IMG/VR virus record: IMGVR_UViG_3300009684_000026
Origin: an uncultured virus (IMG/VR IMGVR_UViG_3300009684_000026)
Taxonomy: Duplodnaviria > Heunggongvirae > Uroviricota > Caudoviricetes
Strand: one strand, 5' to 3'
Length of the DNA: 64,000 nucleotides
The notes beneath the pieces were generated by a model, which did not search any database, was not told the DNA's origin, and worked only from the letters and a program-made list of their open reading frames with translations. The first letter of the stretch is position 1. The number at the start of each line of letters is the position of its first letter. Shown one piece after another: positions 44,672-55,619 of the stretch. The position numbers and the translations under genes are program-made.

Positions 44672-47600
44672 ATGTCCCGTAAGGTTTTGGTTCCGCTTGG
44701 GTTATTAGCCTTGCCTTCAGACCCCACGGGACATTTTATTGGTGAAACGTATTACAACACTGTAGACAATGTAATAAAAACTTTTAATGGAGTTGTTTGG
44801 GCTGAAGCTAATGGACCTCAAGGAACTACAGGCAGTCAAGGAATAACTGGATATACCGGTTCACAAGGTACAACTGGTACACAAGGTACTACTGGTACCC
44901 AAGGTACAACAGGTTCACAAGGTACTACTGGTACACAAGGTACTACTGGTACACAAGGTACAACAGGTTCGCAGGGAACAACAGGTAACACTGGCTCACA
45001 GGGAACAACAGGTAATACTGGCGCTCAGGGAATCCAAGGAACTATTGGAACCCAAGGAACCACAGGAAATACTGGTTCCCAAGGTACAACTGGTATCCAA
45101 GGTATCCAAGGATACACAGGCTCACAAGGTACAACAGGTGCACAAGGCACCACAGGTAACACTGGCTCACAGGGAACAACAGGCAGCCAAGGTACTACTG
45201 GTACGCAAGGAGCTATTGGCTCTCAAGGTACTACAGGTGCTCAAGGAACAACTGGAACTACTGGTGCTCAAGGTATTCAAGGTATTGTAGGTAGCCAAGG
45301 CACAACTGGCTCTACAGGTTCACAAGGAACAACTGGTTTTCAGGGTACTCAAGGAACCACTGGTTCTCAAGGAACTACTGGTACTCAGGGAACAACTGGA
45401 GCACAAGGTATCCAAGGAAACGCTGGAGACCATTACAGCACCTCTTCAACTACATCTTTTGCGCTTTCTCCAACAGGTACCACTACAATTACAGTTGCTA
45501 CAGGGCTTCAATATTCTGTAGGACAAAACGTAGTAGTTGCTTATGACGCTACTCATATTGTTTATGGAACTGTAACTGCCTATACATCTGGTTCAGGTTC
45601 TTTAACTTTTACCAACGATAGAATTGTTGGCACAGGAACTTTTGCATCTTGGTCAGTCAACTTAGACGGTGCCGTAGGTATTCAAGGCACTACAGGTGCA
45701 CAAGGTACAACAGGGGCACAAGGAACAACTGGTACACAGGGCATTCAAGGCACCATTGGTACACAAGGAGCTACAGGCTCTACTGGAACTCAAGGTACAA
45801 CTGGTAACACTGGTGCTCAAGGTTCTACTGGTACTCAGGGTACAACTGGTACAACTGGTTCACAGGGAACTACAGGTACTCAAGGTGATACAGGTACTCA
45901 AGGAACAACAGGTGCTCAGGGAACAACAGGTGCTCAAGGCACTACTGGTACAACTGGTTCTCAAGGCACCACTGGCGCTCAAGGAACACTTGGTACACAG
46001 GGCGCTACAGGTACGCAAGGCTCTACTGGAACCCAGGGAACAACAGGTACAACAGGTGCTCAAGGTATTCAAGGCTCTATTGGTACACAGGGAACCACAG
46101 GAACACAAGGTACTCAAGGTACTCAAGGTACTACAGGTCTGCAAGGAATTTCGGGCGCAACAATACAAGGAACATCAAACACTTTTACTGCAGATAACAC
46201 CTTTGCTCCAACATCAGTAACTGCAGTACCGGTAACAATAAACACTCCAAGTGCTGGAGCTGTTAACGCTTTAATCTTAAACCAAAACGGTACTACAAAA
46301 GGAATACTTACTCCAGGTTCACAGTTGACCTTAAACTCATCCTTACCTATTCAAGCTAACCAAACTCAATATACTTTAACTGCAGCCAGCGCTGCCTCAA
46401 CAACTGTTGCAACTTACACGTCAAGCAGTACAGCTAACCCGTTTACTACAGGCACATACATTGTTGTTGCATCGGTTACTCCAACGTATTTTAACGGAAC
46501 ATTCCTTATCACAGCAACTGGTGGCAGCACAGGTGCTTGGACTGCTACGGTGTATAACCCTTCTGCAACATTTACGGCTTCTGGTAGTGGCACTGTGTTT
46601 GGTAACGTCAAAACTACGGGTATGTTAAGCATCGTAGCTCCTAACGCTTTAACAACACCGCTAGAGATAAAAGCCGCAGCTTCACACACTGCCTATTTAA
46701 CTGAGTGGCAAAACTCTTCAGGTTCAATGGTTTCATATATTGGGTCTAGTGGTCAGTTTTACACCACCAATACCATCCAAACTACTTCCGCAGTATATTC
46801 TCCAACATATTACGGCTCCGGTTCTTCATCAGGTTCGTTAACTGTTTCTAGCATTTCGGGTACTAACGCACTTAACTCTGGCGGATTCTTTATAAACCAA
46901 AGTGCATATACTAACAGCGTAGGTTTTGTTGTGAAAGCAAGCGCTGGTGGTGCATCAGGAAACGTAACTGCCGCAACTGCAAACGGAACTACATCAGTTA
47001 CATACACTTCTGCTATTTCTGGTTATTTATATGTTGGTGGAAAAGTTACAATCACTGGCGTAGTTTCTTCAGGTAACCCTGGAGCTACAGCAAGTACTGG
47101 GTTTAACTTAACACTAGCAACTGTAACTGCAGCAAATACAAGCACGTTTACTGCCACAGCTCCAAGTACATTAACCGATACATATACATCTGGAGGTTCT
47201 GCTGCAACAGTAGCTGGTATTGCAGACTTACAGGAATGGCAAGATTCAACCAGCGCAGTATTGGCTAAAGTTGATTACACAGGTAAAATTACTGCCGCTA
47301 GACATATCACCACAGGTGGAACTTCTGCTCAGTATGTTATGGGAGATGGTTCTTTAACAACGACAGGTCCTCAAGGAACTACTGGTAGCCAAGGCACCCA
47401 AGGGTTGCAGGGTACAACAGGAGCTCAAGGAACCACAGGTTCACAGGGAACCACAGGAACCACAGGTAGCCAAGGCACAACTGGTAGCCAAGGTACGACT
47501 GGAACTACTGGTAGCCAAGGAACTCAAGGAACTCAGGGCATTCAGAGTCCACAGGGAACCACAGGAACCACAGGTAGCCAAGGCACAACTGGTAGCCAAG

Positions 47601-49996
47601 GTACGACTGGAACTACTGGTAGCCAAGGAACTCAAGGAACACAGGGCATTCAAAGTCCACAGGGAACCACAGGTTCACAGGGAACCACTGGTAGCCAAGG
47701 TTTTCAAGGAATACAGGGTATCCAAGGCTTTCAAGGCACAACAGGAGCTCAAGGTACAACTGGTACAACTGGTTCTCAAGGAACTACAGGATCACAAGGA
47801 GCAACAGGTACACAGGGAGCTACAGGAACTACTGGTAGCCAAGGCACCCAAGGAATACAGGGCATTCAAAGTCCACAGGGTACAACAGGTAGCCAAGGAA
47901 CAACAGGGCCTCAAGGAACTCAAGGCACGACTGGTAGCCAAGGGTCTACTGGTACACAAGGAACAACAGGCACAACTGGTAGCCAAGGAACTACAGGTTC
48001 CCAAGGCACGACTGGTAGCCAAGGCACAACTGGTTCTCAGGGAACTACCGGCAGTACTGGTGCACAGGGTTCTACAGGTTCCCAAGGTACTACTGGTATT
48101 CAAGGAATTCAAGGCTACACAGGAACCACAGGTTCACAGGGAACCACTGGTAGCCAAGGAACTACAGGATCGCAGGGAACAACAGGATCGCAGGGAACCA
48201 CAGGAACCACGGGTACTCAAGGTACTACAGGTACCCAAGGTACTCAAGGAACCATTGGAAGCACAGGTTCGCAAGGAACCACTGGTCAAAGCGGTGTCTC
48301 ATCTAGCTATTACGATTATAAAGTTGATGCAAATAGCCAAACAAACTCTCAACCAAGCTCCGGTTACTTCCGATATAACAATGCCACACAGACTTCTGCA
48401 ACCGCAATTTATGTAAATTATTTAACTGTTAGCAATATAGATATTGACGTATTTCTTGCAATTTTAAAATCAGGAGATAACCTCCTTATTCAAGACGCCA
48501 ATAACTCTGATAATTACCAAAAATTTACGGTAAATGGAACTGTAACTCCTGGTTCCAATACTTACGTACAAATTCCCGTGTCTTATGTTTCATCTGGTGG
48601 CACTGGTGCAACTGGGTTTTCTAACAACACAAGCGTAATTATTGTAACAATTGCAACCGGTGTTCAAGGAACGCAAGGTACACAAGGTAACACTGGTTCT
48701 CAAGGAACCCAAGGTACAACTGGTTCTCAAGGTACGACTGGTTCCCAAGGTACAACTGGAACAACAGGTTCTCAAGGAACCACTGGTAGCCAAGGTACAA
48801 CTGGTAGCCAAGGAACAACCGGAACGCAAGGAGCTACAGGTACTCAAGGAAACACTGGTACCCAAGGCACGACTGGTACCCAAGGTACAACAGGCAGCCA
48901 AGGTACAACAGGTTCACAGGGAACTACTGGTAGCCAAGGAACTCAAGGAATACAGGGCATTCAAAGTCCTCAAGGTACAACGGGCAGCCAAGGTGTACAA
49001 GGAATCCAAGGTTTTACCGGTACGGCTACACAGGGAACACAAGGTATCCAAGGAATTCAAGGCTTACAAGTACAAGGCGCACAAGGAACTACTGGAACTG
49101 CTGGAGCAGGTTTTTCTGGAGTTACATCCACAACTTCACAGTCAGTTAACACCACTACTAAATCTTGGACACTAAGCACGGTTGGAGCATTCGTCACGGG
49201 AGACCGTGTACGTGCAATCCAATCTACAACTAACTTTGTAGAAGGAACAGCTACTATAGCTGGAAGCATCTTGACTATGACTCCAGATGTGGCTGTAGGC
49301 AGTACAGGACCATACAGCAACTGGACATTTTCTTTAGCTGGATTGCAGGGAATACAAGGTATTCAAGGAATCCAAGGCTTACAAGTACAAGGAGCTCAAG
49401 GTCTTCAAGGTATCCAAGGATTCCAAGGAACCACTGGAGCTCAAGGAACCACAGGAACCACAGGTTCTCAAGGAACAACAGGTTCTCAAGGAACCACAGG
49501 TAGCCAAGGTACAACTGGTAGCCAAGGTACATCCGGAACAAATGGTTCTCAAGGAACAACGGGTAGCCAAGGAACCACGGGTAGCCAAGGAGCTACTGGT
49601 TCCCAAGGTACATCAGGAACTAATGGTTCTCAAGGAACAACGGGTAGCCAAGGAACCACGGGTAGCCAAGGAGCTACAGGTAGCCAAGGAGCTACTGGTT
49701 CCCAAGGAGCTACAGGGTCTCAAGGTACACAAGGGCTACAAGGTACTCAGGGTGGTTTCTCATTCACTTTAGGTACGGGCGTTCAGACATTCTTAACCAC
49801 ACCATCTAGCACTAACCTTCAGGGAACCGTAACTGGAACACAGGGAACTGGCTCTTTAGTATTTGCTTCTTCTCCTACACTTGTAACTCCAAACATTGGA
49901 GCTGCAACTGGTACAAGCCTTACAACTACTGGAAATATAACTGCTGGAAATTATCCAGGTTTGTATGTAGACTCGTTCCTTTTGGGAGGAATGTAA
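44672..49996 (+). CDS. 1774-aa collagen-like fibre protein
   Basis: Several long (Gly-X-Y)n tracts dominated by GTQ/GSQ/GTT, separated by beta-rich globular domains. Confidence 0.9.
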   Translation: MSRKVLVPLGLLALPSDPTGHFIGETYYNTVDNVIKTFNGVVWAEANGPQGTTGSQGITGYTGSQGTTGTQGTTGTQGTTGSQGTTGTQGTTGTQGTTGSQGTTGNTGSQGTTGNTGAQGIQGTIGTQGTTGNTGSQGTTGIQGIQGYTGSQGTTGAQGTTGNTGSQGTTGSQGTTGTQGAIGSQGTTGAQGTTGTTGAQGIQGIVGSQGTTGSTGSQGTTGFQGTQGTTGSQGTTGTQGTTGAQGIQGNAGDHYSTSSTTSFALSPTGTTTITVATGLQYSVGQNVVVAYDATHIVYGTVTAYTSGSGSLTFTNDRIVGTGTFASWSVNLDGAVGIQGTTGAQGTTGAQGTTGTQGIQGTIGTQGATGSTGTQGTTGNTGAQGSTGTQGTTGTTGSQGTTGTQGDTGTQGTTGAQGTTGAQGTTGTTGSQGTTGAQGTLGTQGATGTQGSTGTQGTTGTTGAQGIQGSIGTQGTTGTQGTQGTQGTTGLQGISGATIQGTSNTFTADNTFAPTSVTAVPVTINTPSAGAVNALILNQNGTTKGILTPGSQLTLNSSLPIQANQTQYTLTAASAASTTVATYTSSSTANPFTTGTYIVVASVTPTYFNGTFLITATGGSTGAWTATVYNPSATFTASGSGTVFGNVKTTGMLSIVAPNALTTPLEIKAAASHTAYLTEWQNSSGSMVSYIGSSGQFYTTNTIQTTSAVYSPTYYGSGSSSGSLTVSSISGTNALNSGGFFINQSAYTNSVGFVVKASAGGASGNVTAATANGTTSVTYTSAISGYLYVGGKVTITGVVSSGNPGATASTGFNLTLATVTAANTSTFTATAPSTLTDTYTSGGSAATVAGIADLQEWQDSTSAVLAKVDYTGKITAARHITTGGTSAQYVMGDGSLTTTGPQGTTGSQGTQGLQGTTGAQGTTGSQGTTGTTGSQGTTGSQGTTGTTGSQGTQGTQGIQSPQGTTGTTGSQGTTGSQGTTGTTGSQGTQGTQGIQSPQGTTGSQGTTGSQGFQGIQGIQGFQGTTGAQGTTGTTGSQGTTGSQGATGTQGATGTTGSQGTQGIQGIQSPQGTTGSQGTTGPQGTQGTTGSQGSTGTQGTTGTTGSQGTTGSQGTTGSQGTTGSQGTTGSTGAQGSTGSQGTTGIQGIQGYTGTTGSQGTTGSQGTTGSQGTTGSQGTTGTTGTQGTTGTQGTQGTIGSTGSQGTTGQSGVSSSYYDYKVDANSQTNSQPSSGYFRYNNATQTSATAIYVNYLTVSNIDIDVFLAILKSGDNLLIQDANNSDNYQKFTVNGTVTPGSNTYVQIPVSYVSSGGTGATGFSNNTSVIIVTIATGVQGTQGTQGNTGSQGTQGTTGSQGTTGSQGTTGTTGSQGTTGSQGTTGSQGTTGTQGATGTQGNTGTQGTTGTQGTTGSQGTTGSQGTTGSQGTQGIQGIQSPQGTTGSQGVQGIQGFTGTATQGTQGIQGIQGLQVQGAQGTTGTAGAGFSGVTSTTSQSVNTTTKSWTLSTVGAFVTGDRVRAIQSTTNFVEGTATIAGSILTMTPDVAVGSTGPYSNWTFSLAGLQGIQGIQGIQGLQVQGAQGLQGIQGFQGTTGAQGTTGTTGSQGTTGSQGTTGSQGTTGSQGTSGTNGSQGTTGSQGTTGSQGATGSQGTSGTNGSQGTTGSQGTTGSQGATGSQGATGSQGATGSQGTQGLQGTQGGFSFTLGTGVQTFLTTPSSTNLQGTVTGTQGTGSLVFASSPTLVTPNIGAATGTSLTTTGNITAGNYPGLYVDSFLLGGM

Positions 49997-50011
49997 GATA
50001 GACTGCGCCAC

Positions 50012-51010
50012 ATGAATCTGGTACAACGTTCGGTAGAAAAAGGCGGAAAATTAAAGCCTCTAATAATCCCTGCAGAAATAACTGGTGGAACTGGGTTAAT
50101 GAATCCATCTATCTTCATAGATGATGATGGTGACATACTCTGTATTTTGCGCCATATAAATTACACTCTTTACCATTCAGAGCATAACCAACGATTCCCT
50201 AGTATCTGGGGTCCTCTTTCTTATTTGCATCCGGAAGAAGATCAACGGTTAGTAACAGACAATTATTTATTGCGTTTAGATAATGACTTAAACATTGTAA
50301 ACCATTGCCCTATTGATACATCCACTCTAGATGTAGAGCCTATATGGACATTTGTAGGTTTAGAAGATGCTCGCCTTGTTAAATGGGGCGGTGAGTATTA
50401 TGGCACAGGAGTTCGCCGTGATACCACGACCAATGGTCAAGGTCGTATGGAGCTCTCTAAACTAGAGGTAGATAAAGAAGCGTGGACAGCTAAAGAAGTT
50501 TCACGTATACGAGTTCCAGCTCCAATTGACGAGAGTTCTTACTGCGAAAAAAATTGGATGCCGATTCTGGAAAAAGATTTTCAATACGTTAAATGGACCG
50601 TTCCTACAGAGGTTGTTCAAGCAAATCCTGATGCTCCTACCTGTACGCAGGTATCTCTCAAAGATGGTAAATGGAGTAATGCTGACCAACGTGGTGGTTC
50701 CCAAGTCATAAAATGGGGTGAGTATTACATTGCTATTACACATGAGGTGGTGCTATACAAAAACTACTTAAGCCAAAAAAATGGTTCATACCGTCATCGC
50801 CTATGTGTTTGGAATTCTGAATTTGAACTAATAGGTTTATCTCCAGAATCTTGGTCATTTTTAGATGGGCAAATTGAATTCTGTGCTGGTGCTGCTGAGC
50901 TAAATAACAATCTTCTTATCTCATTTGGGTTTCAAGATAACGCAGCCTTCATACTTGAAGTACCTACAGATGTAGTAAACGCGCTAATAACGGAGGCCAT
51001 CGGTGTATAA
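50012..51010 (+). CDS. Beta-propeller glycoside hydrolase/phosphorylase-like protein (GH130-like)
   Basis: NPSI, GLEDARL, EKNWMP, RGGS, IEFCAG, SFGFQD. Confidence 0.7.
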   Translation: MNLVQRSVEKGGKLKPLIIPAEITGGTGLMNPSIFIDDDGDILCILRHINYTLYHSEHNQRFPSIWGPLSYLHPEEDQRLVTDNYLLRLDNDLNIVNHCPIDTSTLDVEPIWTFVGLEDARLVKWGGEYYGTGVRRDTTTNGQGRMELSKLEVDKEAWTAKEVSRIRVPAPIDESSYCEKNWMPILEKDFQYVKWTVPTEVVQANPDAPTCTQVSLKDGKWSNADQRGGSQVIKWGEYYIAITHEVVLYKNYLSQKNGSYRHRLCVWNSEFELIGLSPESWSFLDGQIEFCAGAAELNNNLLISFGFQDNAAFILEVPTDVVNALITEAIGV

Positions 51011-52280
51011 GAACATTGACGATTTAATAGTTACACTCTCTAAAGACCCGTTTAATCCTATCCTTAGTTTAAGCATCGCTATGGAATACGAGAATATTGG
51101 GCAGACAGCATCTGCGGTATCTTTTTATTTGCGAACTGCAGAATACGGTTACTACACGCATCCTGAGCATGTCTATGCATCGTTGCTAAAAGCTGCACAT
51201 TGTTTTAGCAGCCAAAAAAATAGAGAACATACAGTTGTTAACCTGTACCAAAAAGCAATGGCATTTATACCTTCTCGTCCAGAAGCGTGGTTCTTACTCT
51301 CGCGTTGGTATGAACGCAATCAAAAATGGCAAGAGTCTTACACTACAGCAGAGGTGGGATTATCTTTTGCGTCAATAAAACAGTCATCTTTACCTATCTG
51401 GGTAGATTACCCAGGTGAGTATGGATTGCGTTTTGAAAAAGGTGTTAGTGGTTGGTGGGTAGGCCGTAAAGATGAAGCTATAGCTTTATTTAAAACGCTT
51501 TTAAAAGAAAATATAGACTTCGCATACCGCTCTTCTATCCACTCTAATCTACGTACTGTTGATGACACTCAAGAGTACATCGGTCCACTAGAACCTGTTG
51601 TTACCAACTTTAGAAAATATTTTGGCGCTAAAGCACCAGTAATTATTGACGTAGGAACTAGAGATGGAGATGATGCAAACTTCTTATACACAGAATTACA
51701 GGGACATCAAGTTATCGCCATTGATGCAAATCCAGTATGCGTAGAGTTAACTCGTAAAAGATACCCGTGGATGCAAGTATATTCTACGGCTATTACTGAA
51801 AAAGATGAGACTGTTACCTTTAACCAAGTCATCTCTGACAACCTTGAAGTTTTGGGCACTTCTTCAATCTTTAGTAAAGATACATCTGTAAATCCACCAG
51901 CACAATTTTATGAGGATAAAATCCAAGAAATATCTGTAACAGGAACTCGTATGGATAGCTTATTAAAAAACGCTCATCCAGAAGGGACAATAGATATTGT
52001 AAAGGTAGATACCGAAGGATATACTTGGCAAGTATTACAAGGCTTTGGAGAGCGTCTTAAAGATGTGAAATTGTTTCATTTAGAGACCGAAAAAATAACT
52101 TTACATCCTGACCATGTTACCGGGGATAAGGTAGCTGAGTTTATGTCCGCACAAGGCTTTATACTTGTAGATACATCCCATGAGTGGGGGCCAATGATGG
52201 AAGACCAAATATGGGTAAATCCAGCATTAGTGTCCCGTAATAAAGAATGTTTTTTACCCATACAAACAGAGATTAACTAG
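51003..52280 (+). CDS. TPR-like domain fused to an FkbM-family methyltransferase
   Basis: PSRPEAWFLL TPR-like repeats; IDVGTRDG, IDAN, VKVDTEG. Confidence 0.8.
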   Translation: MYKNIDDLIVTLSKDPFNPILSLSIAMEYENIGQTASAVSFYLRTAEYGYYTHPEHVYASLLKAAHCFSSQKNREHTVVNLYQKAMAFIPSRPEAWFLLSRWYERNQKWQESYTTAEVGLSFASIKQSSLPIWVDYPGEYGLRFEKGVSGWWVGRKDEAIALFKTLLKENIDFAYRSSIHSNLRTVDDTQEYIGPLEPVVTNFRKYFGAKAPVIIDVGTRDGDDANFLYTELQGHQVIAIDANPVCVELTRKRYPWMQVYSTAITEKDETVTFNQVISDNLEVLGTSSIFSKDTSVNPPAQFYEDKIQEISVTGTRMDSLLKNAHPEGTIDIVKVDTEGYTWQVLQGFGERLKDVKLFHLETEKITLHPDHVTGDKVAEFMSAQGFILVDTSHEWGPMMEDQIWVNPALVSRNKECFLPIQTEIN

Positions 52281-52312
52281 GGATAATTTAGAAACCACCG
52301 TTAAGGAGTAAC

Positions 52313-52654
52313 ATGGCAACCTCATATTTAATTTTGGGTCAAGCAGCGCCAGCTAACACTTCTGTAGCTTTGCTTTACACAGTCCCATCCTCTACATCTA
52401 CAGTGGTATCTACCATCGTGGTGTGTAACACAACTGCAACCGCAGCCGTCGCAAGCATCTACTGCAACAAAGCCTCTGCAACAAATACGGCAGCTACAGC
52501 TATTGTCTATCAAAAAACAATTCCTGCCTATGAAACACAGACCTACACGCTAGGTATTACCATGACAAATGGTGGAACCGCCGATACCCTCTACATCCAA
52601 ACCGGTACGGCTAACGCTCTTACCTTTACAGCATTTGGAAGTCAGATAGCATAA
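52313..52654 (+). CDS. Small virion (fibre-associated) protein
   Basis: LGQAAP...LYTVP...VSTIVVCN...AFGSQI. Confidence 0.7.
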   Translation: MATSYLILGQAAPANTSVALLYTVPSSTSTVVSTIVVCNTTATAAVASIYCNKASATNTAATAIVYQKTIPAYETQTYTLGITMTNGGTADTLYIQTGTANALTFTAFGSQIA

Positions 52655-53154
52655 TGGCACAAAATAACCCAGCTACTACAATACCTACAGATAACCTTGT
52701 AGGTAAACGTATGTTTGTAGGAAATACCACTCCTGCATATCCTGTTACAGGTGATGTATGGGTTGATAACAGCTTTGCTACAGTCGGTACTCAGGGTACC
52801 CAGGGACTTCAAGGTCTTCAAGGAACCACTGGAACAGGAACTCAAGGTGCTACGGGAAGTACACCAACCGTATGGACATCGTCTGCAATTGCGGCAACTA
52901 CAACACTAGTTGCTCGTTATCAATACTTTGTAACGACATCCTCTGCTTGGACGCTCACACTTCCTGCATCTCCTACGCAGGGCGATGAAATTCGTATCTT
53001 TGATGCATCGGGTTCATCTGCAACAAATAACATTACAGTCAGCCCCGGTTCTTCAAACTTGCATGGCTCTGTACAGAACTTCGTCATGAACGTGGCATAC
53101 GGTTCTGCAACATTGATTTATACTGGTTCTAGCTATGGATGGAAGGTCGCATAA
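52654..53154 (+). CDS. Fibre protein with short collagen tract and TLPAS/GDEI repeat domain
   Basis: PVTGDVW, GTQ tract, TLPASPTQGDEIRIFDA. Confidence 0.7.
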   Translation: MAQNNPATTIPTDNLVGKRMFVGNTTPAYPVTGDVWVDNSFATVGTQGTQGLQGLQGTTGTGTQGATGSTPTVWTSSAIAATTTLVARYQYFVTTSSAWTLTLPASPTQGDEIRIFDASGSSATNNITVSPGSSNLHGSVQNFVMNVAYGSATLIYTGSSYGWKVA

Positions 53155-53748
53155 ATGACAGTCACATTATCAAGCCTATTCGCTAACAGCGTAGGCCCTG
53201 CAAACTCAGACATTGCAACAGCAGTTGCTGGTGCAGTTCCCACTATCTCTGCTATCAATACATCTGTTTCCACTTATGCTTCACCTTATGGTGGAACTAT
53301 TACTAGCCTTGGTACTCAAACTTGTACTGGAAGTGCCACTGTAACTTTTTCTAGTCTTGGCGGTTACAAAAATCTTCGTTTGTTTGGATACAATGTAGGT
53401 TCAAGTAATAATGGTCCTCTTGTAAGAATTAATGGCGATACTGGTACTAATTATTACAAAATTAATGCTGTAACAACTAGTAGTCAAGGATATGCAAGCG
53501 GTCTTATAGAGTTATCTTCTTCCTGGTACCATTTTCCGGACTACACTAATGGTTTTTATATTGAACTTGACCAAACTGCTTCAGGAGGTTACAAGATGGG
53601 TAAATTTTGGGCTGCTACGTCTTATCTTAACCAAGGACAAATGGGCACATTGATGTGGAACAGCACAGCGGCTATAACATCAATATCAGTAATTGGAAAT
53701 GGCGGTAATTTTACAAGTGGGCAAGTGTGGATGGTAGGCTCAGCATAA
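53155..53748 (+). CDS. Fibre tip / receptor-binding-like protein
   Basis: RINGDTGTNY, WNSTAAITSI. Confidence 0.65.
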   Translation: MTVTLSSLFANSVGPANSDIATAVAGAVPTISAINTSVSTYASPYGGTITSLGTQTCTGSATVTFSSLGGYKNLRLFGYNVGSSNNGPLVRINGDTGTNYYKINAVTTSSQGYASGLIELSSSWYHFPDYTNGFYIELDQTASGGYKMGKFWAATSYLNQGQMGTLMWNSTAAITSISVIGNGGNFTSGQVWMVGSA

Positions 53749-53978
53749 TGACTAGACCAATCGTAACTATTTATGATGTAGTAACTCAAGAAACAGAAGT
53801 TCGTGAGATGAATGATGAAGAATTTGCTCAGTATGAAATAGACATTGCATCAAGCGCGGAGCGTGTTGCAGAACAAGAAAAAGTAGATGCTGCAGCAAAG
53901 GCTAAAGCAAATGCCAAAGCAGCATTACTTGAGAAGTTAGGTCTTACTCAAGATATCATTGACATTTTGACTAATTAA
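53748..53978 (+). CDS. Fibre assembly chaperone-like protein
   Basis: REMNDEEFAQ...ALLEKLGLT. Confidence 0.6.
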   Translation: MTRPIVTIYDVVTQETEVREMNDEEFAQYEIDIASSAERVAEQEKVDAAAKAKANAKAALLEKLGLTQDIIDILTN

Positions 53979-54021
53979 AGAAGAAAAGATGATTAGTGGG
54001 CAGCAACAGGAGAGTAAATAG

Positions 54022-54456
54022 ATGGCAATAAAAAGATACAACGGCACATCTTGGGATGTGTACTCTGGTCTTGGAGCCCAAGGTACCCAGGGTATACAGG
54101 GAACCACTGGAACAGGAGCTCAAGGAGCTCAAGGATTTCAAGGCACTACCGGTACGACTGGTACCTCTGGAGCCTTTACCTCTACAGCGGTATCCTCAAA
54201 CATTACTTTGGCCTCATTAAATAACTACATGGTAGATACCACCTCAGCTAGAACCCTTACTCTTCCAGCATCCGCATCTGTTGGAGCAGAAATTCACATC
54301 TTTGACGCCACAGGAAACTCTGCAACCAATAACATTACAGTTGCAAATAACGGCTTAAATATAAACGGTCAAGCAACATCACTTCTTATTGATAAGGCAT
54401 ACGCTGCAGTCAACTTAGTATATGTAGGCTCTGCCTACGGATGGAGAGTCTCTTAA
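54022..54456 (+). CDS. Fibre protein, paralog of 52654-53154
   Basis: KRYNGTSW, GxQ tract, TLPASASVGAEIHIFDA. Confidence 0.7.
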   Translation: MAIKRYNGTSWDVYSGLGAQGTQGIQGTTGTGAQGAQGFQGTTGTTGTSGAFTSTAVSSNITLASLNNYMVDTTSARTLTLPASASVGAEIHIFDATGNSATNNITVANNGLNINGQATSLLIDKAYAAVNLVYVGSAYGWRVS

Positions 54457-55604
54457 TGGCTATCAGTTATTCAACCATTTCTACTACTATTGCTCCTAGA
54501 GATTTAACTCTACAGCAAACTATTACATCTGGAACCTCTGTAACAATTCCTGCTGGTATAACTTGGGTATACGCAGTTGTTATAGGTGGTGGAGGTAGCG
54601 GTGGCGGTGGAGCAGGCGGTGGAGGAGTTAACTCAGGGAGCTCCAACTTAGCATGTGGAGGTGGCGGTGGTGGCGGTGGTGGCGGTGGTGGAGCCATAGT
54701 CTATGGTTGGGTTCCTACAGCTACAACTTGCGTTATTGGAGCAGGCGGTTCGTCTGTTTCAGGTGGGGCTGGTGGAGTTAATAATTCCAGTGGCTCTAAT
54801 GGAACTGTTGGAAATACTGGTGGTACTACTCGCTATTCAACTCTTATAGCAGGCGGTGGTGGTGGAGGTAGTCAAGGGTCAGGTGGTGGAGCTGGTGGTG
54901 TAAATGGTGTATCACTGGGACATCAAGAAGGTTCTGGGTCTTTAGGTGGAGCTGCTGGCGGTGGTGCGGGTTTTGGTGGTGGTGGGTATAACAGTGTTGT
55001 CACCAATGGTGGATCATATGCTTCTGGTAGTTATCCAACAACGTTAGCAAATTTGTTTAATTATTCTACTACTGCTTGGAATCCAACTTCAAGTGCTTCT
55101 AGTGCTGGTGGAGCAGGTGCTGGAACTGGTACTGGTGGTGCTGGTGGTGCTTCAGTTACTTCAAGCGCCTCTATTGGGGCATCTTCAGGTGCTTCCGGAG
55201 CAGGTGGTGGTGGTGGACTAAATGGTTCTGGTGCTGGTGGTGTAGGTGGGGCATCAACTCAAGCAGGAGCAGCACCTATTCCAGGTGGTGCTGGTGGTGC
55301 TGGTGGTGGTGGGGGTGGTGGAACTCCTTTTGGTAGTGGTGGCTCTGGTGGAAATGGTATTGGAACACAAACAGGTTTATTTGGTTCTATAGGTGGTCTT
55401 GCAAATGCTGGTAGTGCTGGAACACTGAACTCAACCGTAAATGCTGGCGGTAATGGAGGTAGCGGAACTAACGGCGGTGGTGGTGGTGGCGGTTCAGGTG
55501 GTGGAGGAACTGGCATACAGTTTTCTGGCGGGTCCTCTGTTAATGGTGGAACTGGTGGAAGCGGTGGAGCTGGTGGCAATGGAGCAATACTTCTTTATTA
55601 CTAA
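54456..55604 (+). CDS. Glycine-rich fibre/spike protein
   Basis: VTIPAGITWVYAVVIGGGG... to GGNGAILLYY. Confidence 0.8.
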   Translation: MAISYSTISTTIAPRDLTLQQTITSGTSVTIPAGITWVYAVVIGGGGSGGGGAGGGGVNSGSSNLACGGGGGGGGGGGGAIVYGWVPTATTCVIGAGGSSVSGGAGGVNNSSGSNGTVGNTGGTTRYSTLIAGGGGGGSQGSGGGAGGVNGVSLGHQEGSGSLGGAAGGGAGFGGGGYNSVVTNGGSYASGSYPTTLANLFNYSTTAWNPTSSASSAGGAGAGTGTGGAGGASVTSSASIGASSGASGAGGGGGLNGSGAGGVGGASTQAGAAPIPGGAGGAGGGGGGGTPFGSGGSGGNGIGTQTGLFGSIGGLANAGSAGTLNSTVNAGGNGGSGTNGGGGGGGSGGGGTGIQFSGGSSVNGGTGGSGGAGGNGAILLYY

Positions 55605-55619
55605 TAGTTAGGAAAAATA

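Noticed and set aside
45045..49772. Many alternate-frame and antisense ORFs within the collagen gene
   Set aside because: They are by-products of (Gly-X-Y)n codon periodicity.
54467..55579. Poly-proline ORFs on the minus strand
   Set aside because: They are antisense shadows of GGT-rich glycine codons.
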